DNA of 41,032 bases from Chthonomonas calidirosea (GTDB lineage: Bacteria > Armatimonadota > Fimbriimonadia > Fimbriimonadales > Fimbriimonadaceae), in NCBI GenBank assembly GCA_945859975.1, contig CAMAPH010000024.1, positions 1 to 41,032 on the forward strand, read 5' to 3'. A model generated the notes under the pieces. The model made no database searches. It was not told the origin of the DNA and saw only the letters and a list, made by a program, of their open reading frames with translations. Numbering within the stretch: position 1 is the stretch's first letter; each line of letters opens with the position of its first letter. Shown piece after piece: positions 26,660 through 35,791 of the stretch. The translations under genes were made by a program, and so were the position numbers.

Positions 26660-27550
26660 ATGCGAAAAGCTTTCACCCTTATCGAACTTTTGGTGGTCAT
26701 CGCCATCATCGCCATTCTCGCCGCCATTTTGTTCCCAGTTTTCGCTCAGGCTAAAGATGCTGCCAAGAAGTCCCAGGGACTCAGCAACGTTAAGCAGATC
26801 GGAACCGGCATGCACCTTTACATGGGTGACTATGACGACACCACGCCAACCGCGTACATCATCGGCGGCCAGGGTGTTGACATCTACCAGCACTTCCAGC
26901 CTTACATCAAGAACATGGACATCTTCTTCTCGCCCGTTTGGACGAAGGAAGTTCCGGCTGGTCAGCCACAGAGCTGCAACAACGCGAGCACTCCTGCGGG
27001 CTACTTCGTTCCTGCAGCGAAAGACCAGAATCGCTGCCTTGGCTACGGTTACAACTGGGGCTTCGGCATCTGGGCCGGTGGCGCTTTGGTTGGCGCAGAA
27101 GTTAACACCGGTGGCGGCAACAGCTTCCTTCCGGGCGTGAGCGCAACGGCAAGCGAAAGCCCAGCCGAGCTCGCGGCTTTCGGTGACACCTACAACGGTC
27201 GCCGATACACGATCTCTGCGATCGGTTCGATCCTCACTCACTACGATGGTCCAGCCAAGAACAGCGGACTGCGACACGGCGGTCAGTTCAACTTTGCGTT
27301 CCTCGATGGCCACGCGAAGTCGTTCAAGATGCAGGGCTTCACCTTCAACCCAGCTGCGGTGCCAAAGGGCGCCGGCTACGTTGGAATGCCATCGCGCGCC
27401 GACATTTGGAGTAAGTTCTACTGCCTTACCGACACCACGACGGTTAAGCCAGCGAACCTCGGAATTCCTGCTCCCGACATGGGCTGCAAGCAGTTCCTCG
27501 ACCTCACTATGGCGGGCACGTTCTCGCCACTTTCCCGCTGGCCAGAATAA
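26660..27550 (+). CDS. Prepilin-type N-terminal cleavage/methylation protein with H-X9-DG motif (DUF1559-like)
   Basis: [32 protein letters not shown] and C-terminal [16 protein letters not shown]. Confidence 0.93.
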   Translation: MRKAFTLIELLVVIAIIAILAAILFPVFAQAKDAAKKSQGLSNVKQIGTGMHLYMGDYDDTTPTAYIIGGQGVDIYQHFQPYIKNMDIFFSPVWTKEVPAGQPQSCNNASTPAGYFVPAAKDQNRCLGYGYNWGFGIWAGGALVGAEVNTGGGNSFLPGVSATASESPAELAAFGDTYNGRRYTISAIGSILTHYDGPAKNSGLRHGGQFNFAFLDGHAKSFKMQGFTFNPAAVPKGAGYVGMPSRADIWSKFYCLTDTTTVKPANLGIPAPDMGCKQFLDLTMAGTFSPLSRWPE

Positions 27551-27561
27551 GGTCACTCACG

Positions 27562-27599
27562 AAAAAGGGGCGTGGTCCGTAAGGACCGCGCCCCTTTTT
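27562..27599. terminator. Bidirectional intrinsic terminator
   Basis: AAAAA-GGGGCGTGGTCC-GTAA-GGACCGCGCCCC-TTTTT between convergent genes. Confidence 0.93.
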
Positions 27600-27611
27600 G
27601 TTGCTATAACC

Positions 27612-29198
27612 TTACGGATTGAGCCGGTACTTGAAGAGACCGGTGAGCGCGTTCGCGTTGAACACGAAGCTCGAGGCTCGAACGTTCGGGATCACGATTC
27701 TCACGACGATGCCAACATTGCGCGTTCCAGTTTGAACGTACTGGGCCGGAAGGGTTCCGCTACTAAGAACCAGGCTTCCTCGGCTAGCTGGTCCGCTAAG
27801 CACCAATTCGTGCTTGCCGGTTCGGTAGTTCCAGAGGAACAGCTGGGCGGTACCGGAGGCGACCGGCGTAAACGTCGTGCTAAGGTTGACGTCCCTCAAC
27901 TGCGAGAGCGGATTGACCGGCAACCGGTGGGTCGCGGTGAATCCAGCAGCTTGACCGTAGCCAGGTATGAGGACCGATCGAACGTTGATGAATGCTCCAG
28001 ACCCGGAAGTGGCGGTTCCTTGGTGGACGCCCTTGCTGACCAGCGAAGACGCAATAGGTGTCGTGATCGTGAAGTAATCAACGGCGCGGTATGCGTTAAT
28101 CCGTCCAGATTCGACGAACGGCTTTTTGTCGGCCGTCAGCTTGAGAACGTCCGTAAGCTCCTTTGGCGTAGCTGTTGGCGCGTAGCTCTTGACGAGCGCC
28201 GCAAGCCCAGCAACCATCGGGCATGCCATTGAGGTTCCGCTCGCGAATCCGTAGGTGCCAGGAAGCGTGGACATAATGCCCTCGCCCGGCGCGGCGATAT
28301 CTACCTTGGTTGAGCTGTAGTTCGAGAATCCTGATCGAACGTCCGAGCTGTTGGTTGAGGCAACGTTTAGAACGTTATCCAAGTTCGAAGGCACAAACGC
28401 AATGTCCGTGACGTCAAGACCATTGTTACCGGCGGCGGCCACGCAAAGCGAGCCTTTGGCGGTAGCGTAATTGACAGCTTCCTGCATGAGTGTGCTCTCG
28501 CCGAATCGGCCGAGCGAAAGCGAAATGACCTTTGCGCCTTGGTCCGCCGCATATTTGATGCCCGCGGCAACCGTGTCATCCGAGGATTTCGGGAAAACCT
28601 TGACCGGGAGAATTCGGACGTTGTAGCCAATCGAGGCAACACCGATGTTGTTGTTGGTTGCGGCAGCGGCGATGCCGGCGCAGTGGGTGCCGTGGCCGTC
28701 CGCATCCATCGGGTCGTCGTCTCCATCGCTGATGTCCTTTCCGCCGGGGACGATCTTCGATTTCAGGTCTTCGTGGTTGTAGTCAACGCCGGTGTCAACA
28801 ATGGCGACAACTACGTTGGGTGAGCCGGTAGTCAGGGCCCAAGCTTGGTTGGCCTTGATGATCGGAATCCAGTACAACTGATTCTTGCGTGGGTCGTTGA
28901 CATCCCGCAGCAGTTCATGATTGTAGTTTCGTTCGACCGCAACCACGCCGGGGTTGCTCTTGTAGTATCGCTCTGCCGTGGCAATACTCACCGAACGTGA
29001 GAGCCGTACCGCCCGCCATCCGCCAAAGCCAAGGTCTCGCTTTAGGGTCGCTCCGATGGTCGCGTCCAGCAGCGATCCGGTCACGCCAGGCTTGGTCTTC
29101 ACAAGCAGCACGTCGGCCTCTGGCGAACCTTGTGCAAAACTGAGGACTGGGAGCAACAACGCTCCGGCAAAGATGATGTTACGAATTGACGTTTTCAT
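27612..29198 (-). CDS. Secreted S8 (subtilisin/thermitase-like) serine peptidase with extra C-terminal domain
   Basis: SD GGAGGA; signal peptide; catalytic triad IVDTG, GHGTHCAG, SGTSMACP; oxyanion AAAGN. Confidence 0.95.
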   Translation of the reverse strand: MKTSIRNIIFAGALLLPVLSFAQGSPEADVLLVKTKPGVTGSLLDATIGATLKRDLGFGGWRAVRLSRSVSIATAERYYKSNPGVVAVERNYNHELLRDVNDPRKNQLYWIPIIKANQAWALTTGSPNVVVAIVDTGVDYNHEDLKSKIVPGGKDISDGDDDPMDADGHGTHCAGIAAAATNNNIGVASIGYNVRILPVKVFPKSSDDTVAAGIKYAADQGAKVISLSLGRFGESTLMQEAVNYATAKGSLCVAAAGNNGLDVTDIAFVPSNLDNVLNVASTNSSDVRSGFSNYSSTKVDIAAPGEGIMSTLPGTYGFASGTSMACPMVAGLAALVKSYAPTATPKELTDVLKLTADKKPFVESGRINAYRAVDYFTITTPIASSLVSKGVHQGTATSGSGAFINVRSVLIPGYGQAAGFTATHRLPVNPLSQLRDVNLSTTFTPVASGTAQLFLWNYRTGKHELVLSGPASRGSLVLSSGTLPAQYVQTGTRNVGIVVRIVIPNVRASSFVFNANALTGLFKYRLNP

Positions 29199-29261
29199 TC
29201 CGCTCTCCTCCGACAAACAGACGTCGGCAATTTCACGAATCCAATATACAGCAGAATAGGC

Positions 29262-30002
29262 ATGACACAGCAAAGTTGGCGCGATTTCTTTGATGGCCAT
29301 GCCGAGCATTACGAGCAAAACCCGTTTGCTGCTTTTGCCGACCAGGAGGTTCAATTCTTGCTCAACTTGTATCCCGTGCCGACTGGCTCGCGGATTCTGG
29401 ATGTGGGCTGCGGAACGGGAAGGCACGCGCGAGAGTTTGCTCGGCGCGGATACCGGGTCACGGGTGTTGACCTAAGCCCCGGAATGCTTCGAGTGGCGCG
29501 AGAGAAGGCGGCGGCAGAGAACTTACAAATTGAGTTTGTTGAGGCCGACGCGACCAACTTTCTGTTGGACGGCATGTTTGATTACGCCGTGTGTCTCTGC
29601 GAGGGTGGCCTTGGCCTGATTCAGCGTGGGGAAGATGCCGCGGCGCACGATTCGGCGATCTTCCAGCGAATCGCTGCGCACCTCAAACCGAATGCACCTT
29701 TCGTTCTGACTTGTCTCAATGGCTACAACTTGATCCGCCAGATGAAAGACGAGCACATTGGCGAAGGACGCTTCGATCCGGCGACGATGGTCGCCTTTTA
29801 CACGGATGAATGGGAATTGCCAGAAGGCACCCGGCAGGTCACCGTTTATGAGCGACTCTTCATCCCGCCCGAGGTAACGCGTATGGTCAGCGAAGCGGGC
29901 TTCACGGTTGATAATGTGTACGGCGGAACCGCCGGCGCATGGGCGCAGCGGCCTCTCAGTCTCGATGAAGTCGAGATGATGGTCATCGCGCGAAAGCTAT
30001 AG
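29262..30002 (+). CDS. Class I SAM-dependent methyltransferase
   Basis: ILDVGCGTGRH, VTGVDLSPGML and FVEADA motifs. Confidence 0.93.
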   Translation: MTQQSWRDFFDGHAEHYEQNPFAAFADQEVQFLLNLYPVPTGSRILDVGCGTGRHAREFARRGYRVTGVDLSPGMLRVAREKAAAENLQIEFVEADATNFLLDGMFDYAVCLCEGGLGLIQRGEDAAAHDSAIFQRIAAHLKPNAPFVLTCLNGYNLIRQMKDEHIGEGRFDPATMVAFYTDEWELPEGTRQVTVYERLFIPPEVTRMVSEAGFTVDNVYGGTAGAWAQRPLSLDEVEMMVIARKL

Positions 30003-30827
30003 CTTCAGCGTTCCGGAGAAGACCTGGCGCGCGGTGCCGGCGATGGTGATCGGGTGGTGCCACGTTTCCATTGCAACCTCGACGGTTCCGCCGGGGTTAT
30101 CGACGCGGACGGTGCCACCGAGCCCTTTGCGCCGGAGGTAATCCACCGCCGCCGCGGAGGAGCCGGTGCCGCAGCCCTGAGTTTCGCCGACGCCGCGCTC
30201 CCAGATTCGAATCTGTAGGTGCATCGGGGCGACTTCCTTGGACCAGATCACCGAAGTGCGCGCCGGGAACTTCGGATCGACTTCGATTTTCGCGCTTACG
30301 GATCGGAACGACTCGTCGTCCGGGATCGATACGGTCGGAATGACGGTGTGGGTGGAGCCGGTTGTAAGGACGCTGCCGTGAAAAGTGAGAGGCATTCCAC
30401 CATCCATTCCGCTCCAAACATGGACCTTGAACGGTTCGCCCGTGGCGTTAACGGGAATGAGATTTGGATCGTAGGAGGCAGACCCAATCTCCGTCTTGAT
30501 CTGATCATTGTCAACCGTCACCGGCACGGTCCGGTCCAGATGCTGGAGAACAAATGGGCTGCTTACCCAGCCTTCCAAAACGGCATGCTGCGCGGCGCAG
30601 CGTAGGCCGTTGCCACAAAAATCCTCCGTACCATCGGGATTGAACATTCGCATTTTCAGCACGCCGTTGCTGACCTTTTGCAACGTCAGGAGTCCGTCGC
30701 CGCCAATTCCGAAGTGTCGATCACAGACTTGGATGGCCAGGGCCGAGAGATCGCCCGTGAAGTCATCGGCATGGATGAGCGGAAAATCGTTTCCGATGCT
30801 TTCGAGCTTCCAAAAGTTGAGATCCAT
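29997..30827 (-). CDS. dapF: Diaminopimelate epimerase (start 30827 or 30851)
   Basis: GNDF, CDRHFGIGGDG, NPDGTEDFCGNGLRC and WERGVGETQGCGTG (both catalytic Cys). Confidence 0.94.
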   Translation of the reverse strand: MDLNFWKLESIGNDFPLIHADDFTGDLSALAIQVCDRHFGIGGDGLLTLQKVSNGVLKMRMFNPDGTEDFCGNGLRCAAQHAVLEGWVSSPFVLQHLDRTVPVTVDNDQIKTEIGSASYDPNLIPVNATGEPFKVHVWSGMDGGMPLTFHGSVLTTGSTHTVIPTVSIPDDESFRSVSAKIEVDPKFPARTSVIWSKEVAPMHLQIRIWERGVGETQGCGTGSSAAAVDYLRRKGLGGTVRVDNPGGTVEVAMETWHHPITIAGTARQVFSGTLKL

Positions 30828-30909
30828 ACCGGGGCTAAGTTTACGCGCCATGTTCAGGCTGGGGCTGGGACAGGATCGAACGCAGACTGAGCCGGAACGT
30901 ATACTCAAG

Positions 30910-31794
30910 ATGTTGGTTCAGCATCACGGCTTTCGGTTTGGTTTGAGTCTTGCGGCCGGAATGCTTGCGAGCGCGGGATTTGCACAAGGCTACGGAACCG
31001 GCACCGATGTTGACCCGGACGTAGCGTTCCGCAGTCCGAAGATGAAAGAAATCGGCGTCGACCAGAAGATGGGCGCGCAGATTCCCCTCGATGCGCGATT
31101 CACCGATGACGATGGGAAGGTGAAGACGGTTCGAGAGATCTTCTCAGGGCGACCGGTTGTGCTCTTGCCGATCTTTTATCGCTGCGAACGAACGTGCTAC
31201 TTAGAACTCACGGGCGTCGTTGCTGCGCTCAACCTCACGAAGAAACTCGAAGTCGGTCGCGATGTGGAAGTCGTCGCGATTGGAATCAATCCGACTGAAA
31301 CTTGGGAATTGGCCCGGGCCAAGAAGAAATCGATTCTTGGCAGCTACTCCAAATTTGATTCCACGAAGAAAAGCTGGCATCTTCTGACGGGCGATATGCC
31401 GAACATTCGGAAAGTCACCGACGCCATGGGTTTCCGATTTGCCTACGACGAGAACAAGAACGAGGTCAGCCACCCGAGTGGGATCATGATGCTGACGCCA
31501 GACGGCAAAATCTCGAGCTACTCACTCGGCGCAAATTACGAAGTCGAGCGGTTTGAGAAGGCGATTGCTCTGGCCAATGACGGCACGATCACTGAAGCCA
31601 CTAAAGAAATTTTCTTCGGCTGCATTCACATTGACCCGGTGACGGGAAAGCGCAGTCTGATGATTGAAAACGTGATGCGCGTGCTCGCCGCGACGACGGT
31701 CATTGCGATCGTAATGTTGATTTTTGCGCTGAACGGAAAGACAATCTTCCGCAGGAAGAAATCGGACAGCGCAATTGAATCTGCCGCCGAGTAA
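30910..31794 (+). CDS. SCO1/SenC-family copper chaperone
   Basis: Signal peptide; GVDQKMGAQIPLD; CERTC (CxxxC); WHLLTG; HPSG; C-terminal TM. Confidence 0.88.
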   Translation: MLVQHHGFRFGLSLAAGMLASAGFAQGYGTGTDVDPDVAFRSPKMKEIGVDQKMGAQIPLDARFTDDDGKVKTVREIFSGRPVVLLPIFYRCERTCYLELTGVVAALNLTKKLEVGRDVEVVAIGINPTETWELARAKKKSILGSYSKFDSTKKSWHLLTGDMPNIRKVTDAMGFRFAYDENKNEVSHPSGIMMLTPDGKISSYSLGANYEVERFEKAIALANDGTITEATKEIFFGCIHIDPVTGKRSLMIENVMRVLAATTVIAIVMLIFALNGKTIFRRKKSDSAIESAAE

Positions 31795-32220
31795 TCACTC
31801 GTCGGCAAACGGATCGTATTCGTCTTCGGCAGGTCGGCTAGATGCCGCGCCCGCTGGTCGGCTCTGAGGAGCGCCACCGCCACCAGGAGCATCGTCGCGA
31901 GGTCGGTCTAGACCGTGCACGTTGTCCGCGACGACTTCCCAAATTTCTCGGTTGTTGCCGTCTTTATCGGTGTACTTTCGCGACTCCATTCGGCCGTCAA
32001 CGCTCACGAGTCTGCCCTTGGTGAGGTAGTTCGACACGTAGTCGGCAGTCTGGTTCCAAGCCTTAACGTTAAAGAAATCCGCATCGCGCTCATCGGCACC
32101 GGTCGGCTTGATTCGCTTGTTCACGGCAATCGAGAAGTTCACGAAATTCTTGCCGGTGGTGGTGGTTCGAAGTTCTGGGTCTCGGGTGAGACGACCAACC
32201 AAAACGATGCGGTTAATCAT
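31795..32220 (-). CDS. ssb: Single-stranded DNA-binding protein
   Basis: MINRIVLVGRLTRDPELRTT; YLTKGRLVSVDGR; acidic tail EDEYDPFADE. Confidence 0.97.
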   Translation of the reverse strand: MINRIVLVGRLTRDPELRTTTTGKNFVNFSIAVNKRIKPTGADERDADFFNVKAWNQTADYVSNYLTKGRLVSVDGRMESRKYTDKDGNNREIWEVVADNVHGLDRPRDDAPGGGGAPQSRPAGAASSRPAEDEYDPFADE

Positions 32221-32243
32221 GTTGTTACTTTATCCGGTTTGGA

Positions 32244-32531
32244 TTAAACGAGGAAGACGCGGTGTCGAATCACGTCGTCGCTAATTCGCATGAGTCGGTT
32301 GAGCTCCGCTGGAACGGCGGCGCCGGCTTCGAAGTTCATGAGGATGTAGTTTCCTTCCTTCAGGCCATCGATTTCGTAAGCAAGCTTTCGCTTGTCCCAC
32401 TTCGCGGCCGATTCGACGACTCCACCCTGCTGCTCGACCACGTCCTTGAATCGGTCGGCGATCTTCTGCACTTCGGCATCAGTGAGGTCTGGTCGAACAA
32501 TGTAAAAAGCTTCGTATTTGCGGTTTGCCAT
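32244..32531 (-). CDS. rpsF: 30S ribosomal protein S6
   Basis: RKYEAFYIVRPDL, WDKRKLAYEI, EGNY and ISDDVIRH. Confidence 0.97.
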   Translation of the reverse strand: MANRKYEAFYIVRPDLTDAEVQKIADRFKDVVEQQGGVVESAAKWDKRKLAYEIDGLKEGNYILMNFEAGAAVPAELNRLMRISDDVIRHRVFLV

Positions 32532-32545
32532 GCTGTGTGTGTTGG

Positions 32546-32602
32546 TCCCTTTGGGGTTCGTGCGTTTGGCGATCTACGCCTCGGCACAGAGAGCCTTGCG
32601 GC
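32546..32602 (-). ncRNA. Putative S6:S18-type ribosomal protein leader (cis-regulatory RNA)
   Basis: GCC-GCAA-GGC hairpin, then nested helices UCUCU/AGGGA, GUGC/GCAC and GGCG/CGCC with unpaired GAACCCCAA. A -10 box TACCAT lies at 32611-32616. Confidence 0.55.
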
Positions 32603-32637
32603 AATAGAGCATGGTACCCCTTGCCGGCACGCAGGAG

Positions 32638-33231
32638 CTATCTTCGCTGCAAGTTGAACGCAATTTCGCGTCCGTAACCGAACTTCATCGCCATGCTAAT
32701 CCAAATCCAGGCCTGCGCTTCGAGATATCGGCTCATCGAAAGGGGGCCTGCGTCTTCCGGCTGGAAGCCCAGTTCCTCGGCCAACGATTTGACGGTTGCT
32801 TTGGCTGCGTCGTCGTCTCCGGCAATGAGGAGCGTCGCCTTTGTAGCGCCAAAAGCCGGGTTCGCCATGATGTTCACCCCGATGGTGTTGAACGCCTTTA
32901 CGACTTTCGCGTCTGGGCCGACTTTGGCCACCCGCTCCGCGCCAGAGCCTTCTTCGACGGGAACAAGTCCCGAGAAGTCGGCGGCAATCGGGTTTGTGCA
33001 ATCAATCACGACGCGCTCGCCCAAGTTCAGCTCGGCAAGAAATTCGGCAGACATAGCTGCCCACGGTAATGCCAACACGACCACATCGGCGGACCGGACG
33101 GCTTCGGCATGGAACAACTCGTCTGGTGCCCCCGGGCTTCGGCTACCAAAGACCACCGTGTGCCCAACCCCCGCCCATCTTGACCCTAAAGTCTCTCCAA
33201 CGATTCCGCGTCCTAGAATGGCAATGTTCAT
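32638..33231 (-). CDS. NADP oxidoreductase, F420_oxidored (FNO-like) family
   Basis: IAILGRGIVG, FGSR, VIDCTNP, SGAE, VVKAFNT and AGDD motifs. Confidence 0.92.
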   Translation of the reverse strand: MNIAILGRGIVGETLGSRWAGVGHTVVFGSRSPGAPDELFHAEAVRSADVVVLALPWAAMSAEFLAELNLGERVVIDCTNPIAADFSGLVPVEEGSGAERVAKVGPDAKVVKAFNTIGVNIMANPAFGATKATLLIAGDDDAAKATVKSLAEELGFQPEDAGPLSMSRYLEAQAWIWISMAMKFGYGREIAFNLQRR

Positions 33232-33279
33232 TTCGCTCCCTGTTTGTAGGACGCCGCTTTTGGACCGTTTTGTTGCGGC

Positions 33280-34815
33280 TCACCGCTCGTCCGGAAGGAC
33301 GATACCGCGCATGATCACGTTCTGGGCGAAGAGGAACACTACAAGCGTCGGCACTGCGGCCAGCGTGAGTGCCGCCATCATCACCGACTTCGGCGCAAGG
33401 TTCTGAAGCTGATAGATCCAAACCATCAGCGTCCACATTTGCTGGTCTTGCGCGATTAAGAAGGCGTAAATGAACGCGCTATAGGCACTCATAAAGGCGA
33501 TGAGGGCAAGATAGCCAAGCACCGGCTTGCTCAGCGGTAGCGCGATCCTTGCCATCATCATCGTTTCCTTCGCGCCGTCGAGCTGTCCGGCCTCGAAGAG
33601 CTCCTGCGGCAGCGAGTCGAAGAACCCCTTGAGCAAAAAGATCATGTAGCCGCTCGCGGCGGTCGGCAGCACCAGGGCGGCAAAGGTGTTGAGCAACCCG
33701 AGATCTTTCAGCAACAAGAACGAAGGAATCATCGCGACCTCCGCGGGGAACGCCATGGTCGCCAGCAAGAAGATCAGGATTTGCCCTGACTGCTTCACCG
33801 GATAGCGCGACAGCGCATACGCCGCGAGCGGATTGACAATAAGCTGAGTCGCGATTGCGAGCAGACAGAAGAACGCGGTGTTCCAAACGGTCCGACCGTT
33901 CAGCAGAATGTAGTCGAGTACGTACTCGAAGTTTCGCGTTAGGAACCCGCGCCGAATCGCCATCTGGTTCGACTCAACAAAATTTCGATCTGCGGCCGCA
34001 ATCGGAAGCGGTCCGGGAAACTCTCTGGTCCAAAGTGCTTCGGCCGCGCCGTTCTTATACCGATCGGGAAGGGCCTTTTCTCGAAACTCCGTCATCAGAG
34101 GATGCAACCGGATGACGGGCAGCTTTTCAAAAGAGTCGGCGCCGGCGGTGAGTTCAGTCGGCACGGCGCTGAACTGATTGCGGAATTTTCCGCGCACAAA
34201 CTCTTGCCACATCCGCTGCTCCCGAACTGGAATTCGAAACGATGCCGGCAATGTCGCCTTAAACTCGCGCCACTCCTTGTACTTGCGGGTGTCCGGCGGG
34301 AACCAAGACTTTCGCTCCAGCATCTCCGCCGGCGGAGTGACAGTCTGGAAGGCGATGTTCTCTTCGATGTACGAAAGGTTCAGCTTTTCGATGTTATTGC
34401 TGTACTTTTCCCGAAGCCAGTTCTGATACCGAACCTGCAATTTGCTCGTGACCTGGTTCGGCGCGGTCTTAAACCCGGCTATCCACATGTCGAGCGGAAG
34501 CTGGCGAAGAAATCGGTCATAGGCTGCCACGGGTTCCGGCCCCGACTTTTCGCCGATACCGTTTGAAGTCATGAGGGCAGCATCGCCCGAGTACTTATCG
34601 TCCAAGTACTTCTTCTGCAAAGCGCCGGTGTCCACGAGATACGGCGGAATGATCTCGGTGCCGTTTTGATCGAACGATCCTTTGATCGCGGTCGAGACCA
34701 TCAGCAGAAACGGATACAGCGTGGTAATCGCACCGAGGATGAGTAGGCCGTAGACCAAGCTCATTGCGAGGCGTGACTTGAGGCGATTGCGGCCGACCTT
34801 GCCAACCAGACTCAT
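33280..34815 (-). CDS. Carbohydrate ABC transporter permease (MalG-like) with large extracytoplasmic insert
   Basis: LYPFLLMV; LAAYALSR; EAA loop FFDSLPQELFEAGQLDGA; LPLSKP. SD GAGGTG precedes ATG 34815. Confidence 0.92.
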   Translation of the reverse strand: MSLVGKVGRNRLKSRLAMSLVYGLLILGAITTLYPFLLMVSTAIKGSFDQNGTEIIPPYLVDTGALQKKYLDDKYSGDAALMTSNGIGEKSGPEPVAAYDRFLRQLPLDMWIAGFKTAPNQVTSKLQVRYQNWLREKYSNNIEKLNLSYIEENIAFQTVTPPAEMLERKSWFPPDTRKYKEWREFKATLPASFRIPVREQRMWQEFVRGKFRNQFSAVPTELTAGADSFEKLPVIRLHPLMTEFREKALPDRYKNGAAEALWTREFPGPLPIAAADRNFVESNQMAIRRGFLTRNFEYVLDYILLNGRTVWNTAFFCLLAIATQLIVNPLAAYALSRYPVKQSGQILIFLLATMAFPAEVAMIPSFLLLKDLGLLNTFAALVLPTAASGYMIFLLKGFFDSLPQELFEAGQLDGAKETMMMARIALPLSKPVLGYLALIAFMSAYSAFIYAFLIAQDQQMWTLMVWIYQLQNLAPKSVMMAALTLAAVPTLVVFLFAQNVIMRGIVLPDER

Positions 34816-34855
34816 CGGCACCACCTCATGCGCCGTACTCTACCAAAACTTTGGG

Positions 34856-35716
34856 TCAATTGCCCAGCACGTCTTTCGACCGGCGCTTCTGGGCAATGGC
34901 GCGGAGCTTTTTGATCGCCTGGACTTCAATCTGGCGTACGCGCTCGCGCGAGAGCTTGAGTTCCTTCGCGACTTCTTCGGGGTCTGGGGCGGCCCTGTCG
35001 GGTTCTCCGACTTGGAATCGCATCCGCATGACGCGCTGCTCCCGGTCGTTCAGCTCCGAAAGTATTTGGTGAAGCTCGTCCAGAACTTCTTTGTCGAGCA
35101 CCACGGTTTCGGGGTCAGATTCCGAGTCGTCCCGGATCAGGCCCGCAAGGGTCATTCCGCCCGAATCTCCAATGGACATATCCAACGAAAGGAGATCTTG
35201 GGAGGATTGCATCAGGGTCTGGAGCTTCTTCGGGGTGAGCCCCATGACGACGGCGATCTGCTCCAAGGTCGGTTCGCGTCCAAGCTCGCGGGCCAGTTCC
35301 GATTTCACGCGCTCAATTTTTCGGATCGACTGGCTCACGTGGGCCGGAAGACGAATTGCCTTCGACTTGTTATCAATCGCGCGACCTATCGCCTGCCGAA
35401 TCCAGTGCGTCGCGTAGGTCGAGAATCGAAATCCCTTATCCGGATCGAACCGTTCCGCGGCCTGCATGAGGCCGATAGCGCCTTCTTGGATCAGGTCTTC
35501 TAGCGGTATGGCGCGGTTGCGGTACCCCTTCGCGATGTTGATGACGAGCCGCATGTTGGACTCAATCAGTCGGGACTTAGCTTGAGCATCACCTTGCTGA
35601 ACCGCACGCGTAAGGGCAACCTCCTCTTCCTGCGTTAGAAGGGGAGCTTGGGTGAGACGGTTGAGATAACTCGGGATGCCGTCTTCTGGCTCGGGCCGAT
35701 TCGGATTCACGCTCAT
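34856..35716 (-). CDS. Sigma-70 family RNA polymerase sigma factor, RpoD/RpoS-like without region 1.1
   Basis: LIESNMRLVINIAK, DLIQEGAIGL, FDPDKGFRFSTYATHWIRQAI, IRLP and SRERVRQIE. Confidence 0.95.
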   Translation of the reverse strand: MSVNPNRPEPEDGIPSYLNRLTQAPLLTQEEEVALTRAVQQGDAQAKSRLIESNMRLVINIAKGYRNRAIPLEDLIQEGAIGLMQAAERFDPDKGFRFSTYATHWIRQAIGRAIDNKSKAIRLPAHVSQSIRKIERVKSELARELGREPTLEQIAVVMGLTPKKLQTLMQSSQDLLSLDMSIGDSGGMTLAGLIRDDSESDPETVVLDKEVLDELHQILSELNDREQRVMRMRFQVGEPDRAAPDPEEVAKELKLSRERVRQIEVQAIKKLRAIAQKRRSKDVLGN

Positions 35717-35791
35717 GCGTTGGACAATAAATAGAACGGCAACAAACTATTTTGGTAACAGGTCGAACCCGAGCGGAGCGCGAGCCGCCGC

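Noticed and set aside
22997..28232. Long alternative ORFs 22997-24019, 24979-25947, 26645-27556 and 27183-28232
   Set aside because: They are antisense or out-of-frame overlaps of well-supported genes and carry no motifs.
415..30827. Lysine-pathway cluster (saccharopine dehydrogenase-like gene plus dapF)
   Set aside because: The genes are about 28 kb apart with no linkage, and the dehydrogenase substrate is not established.
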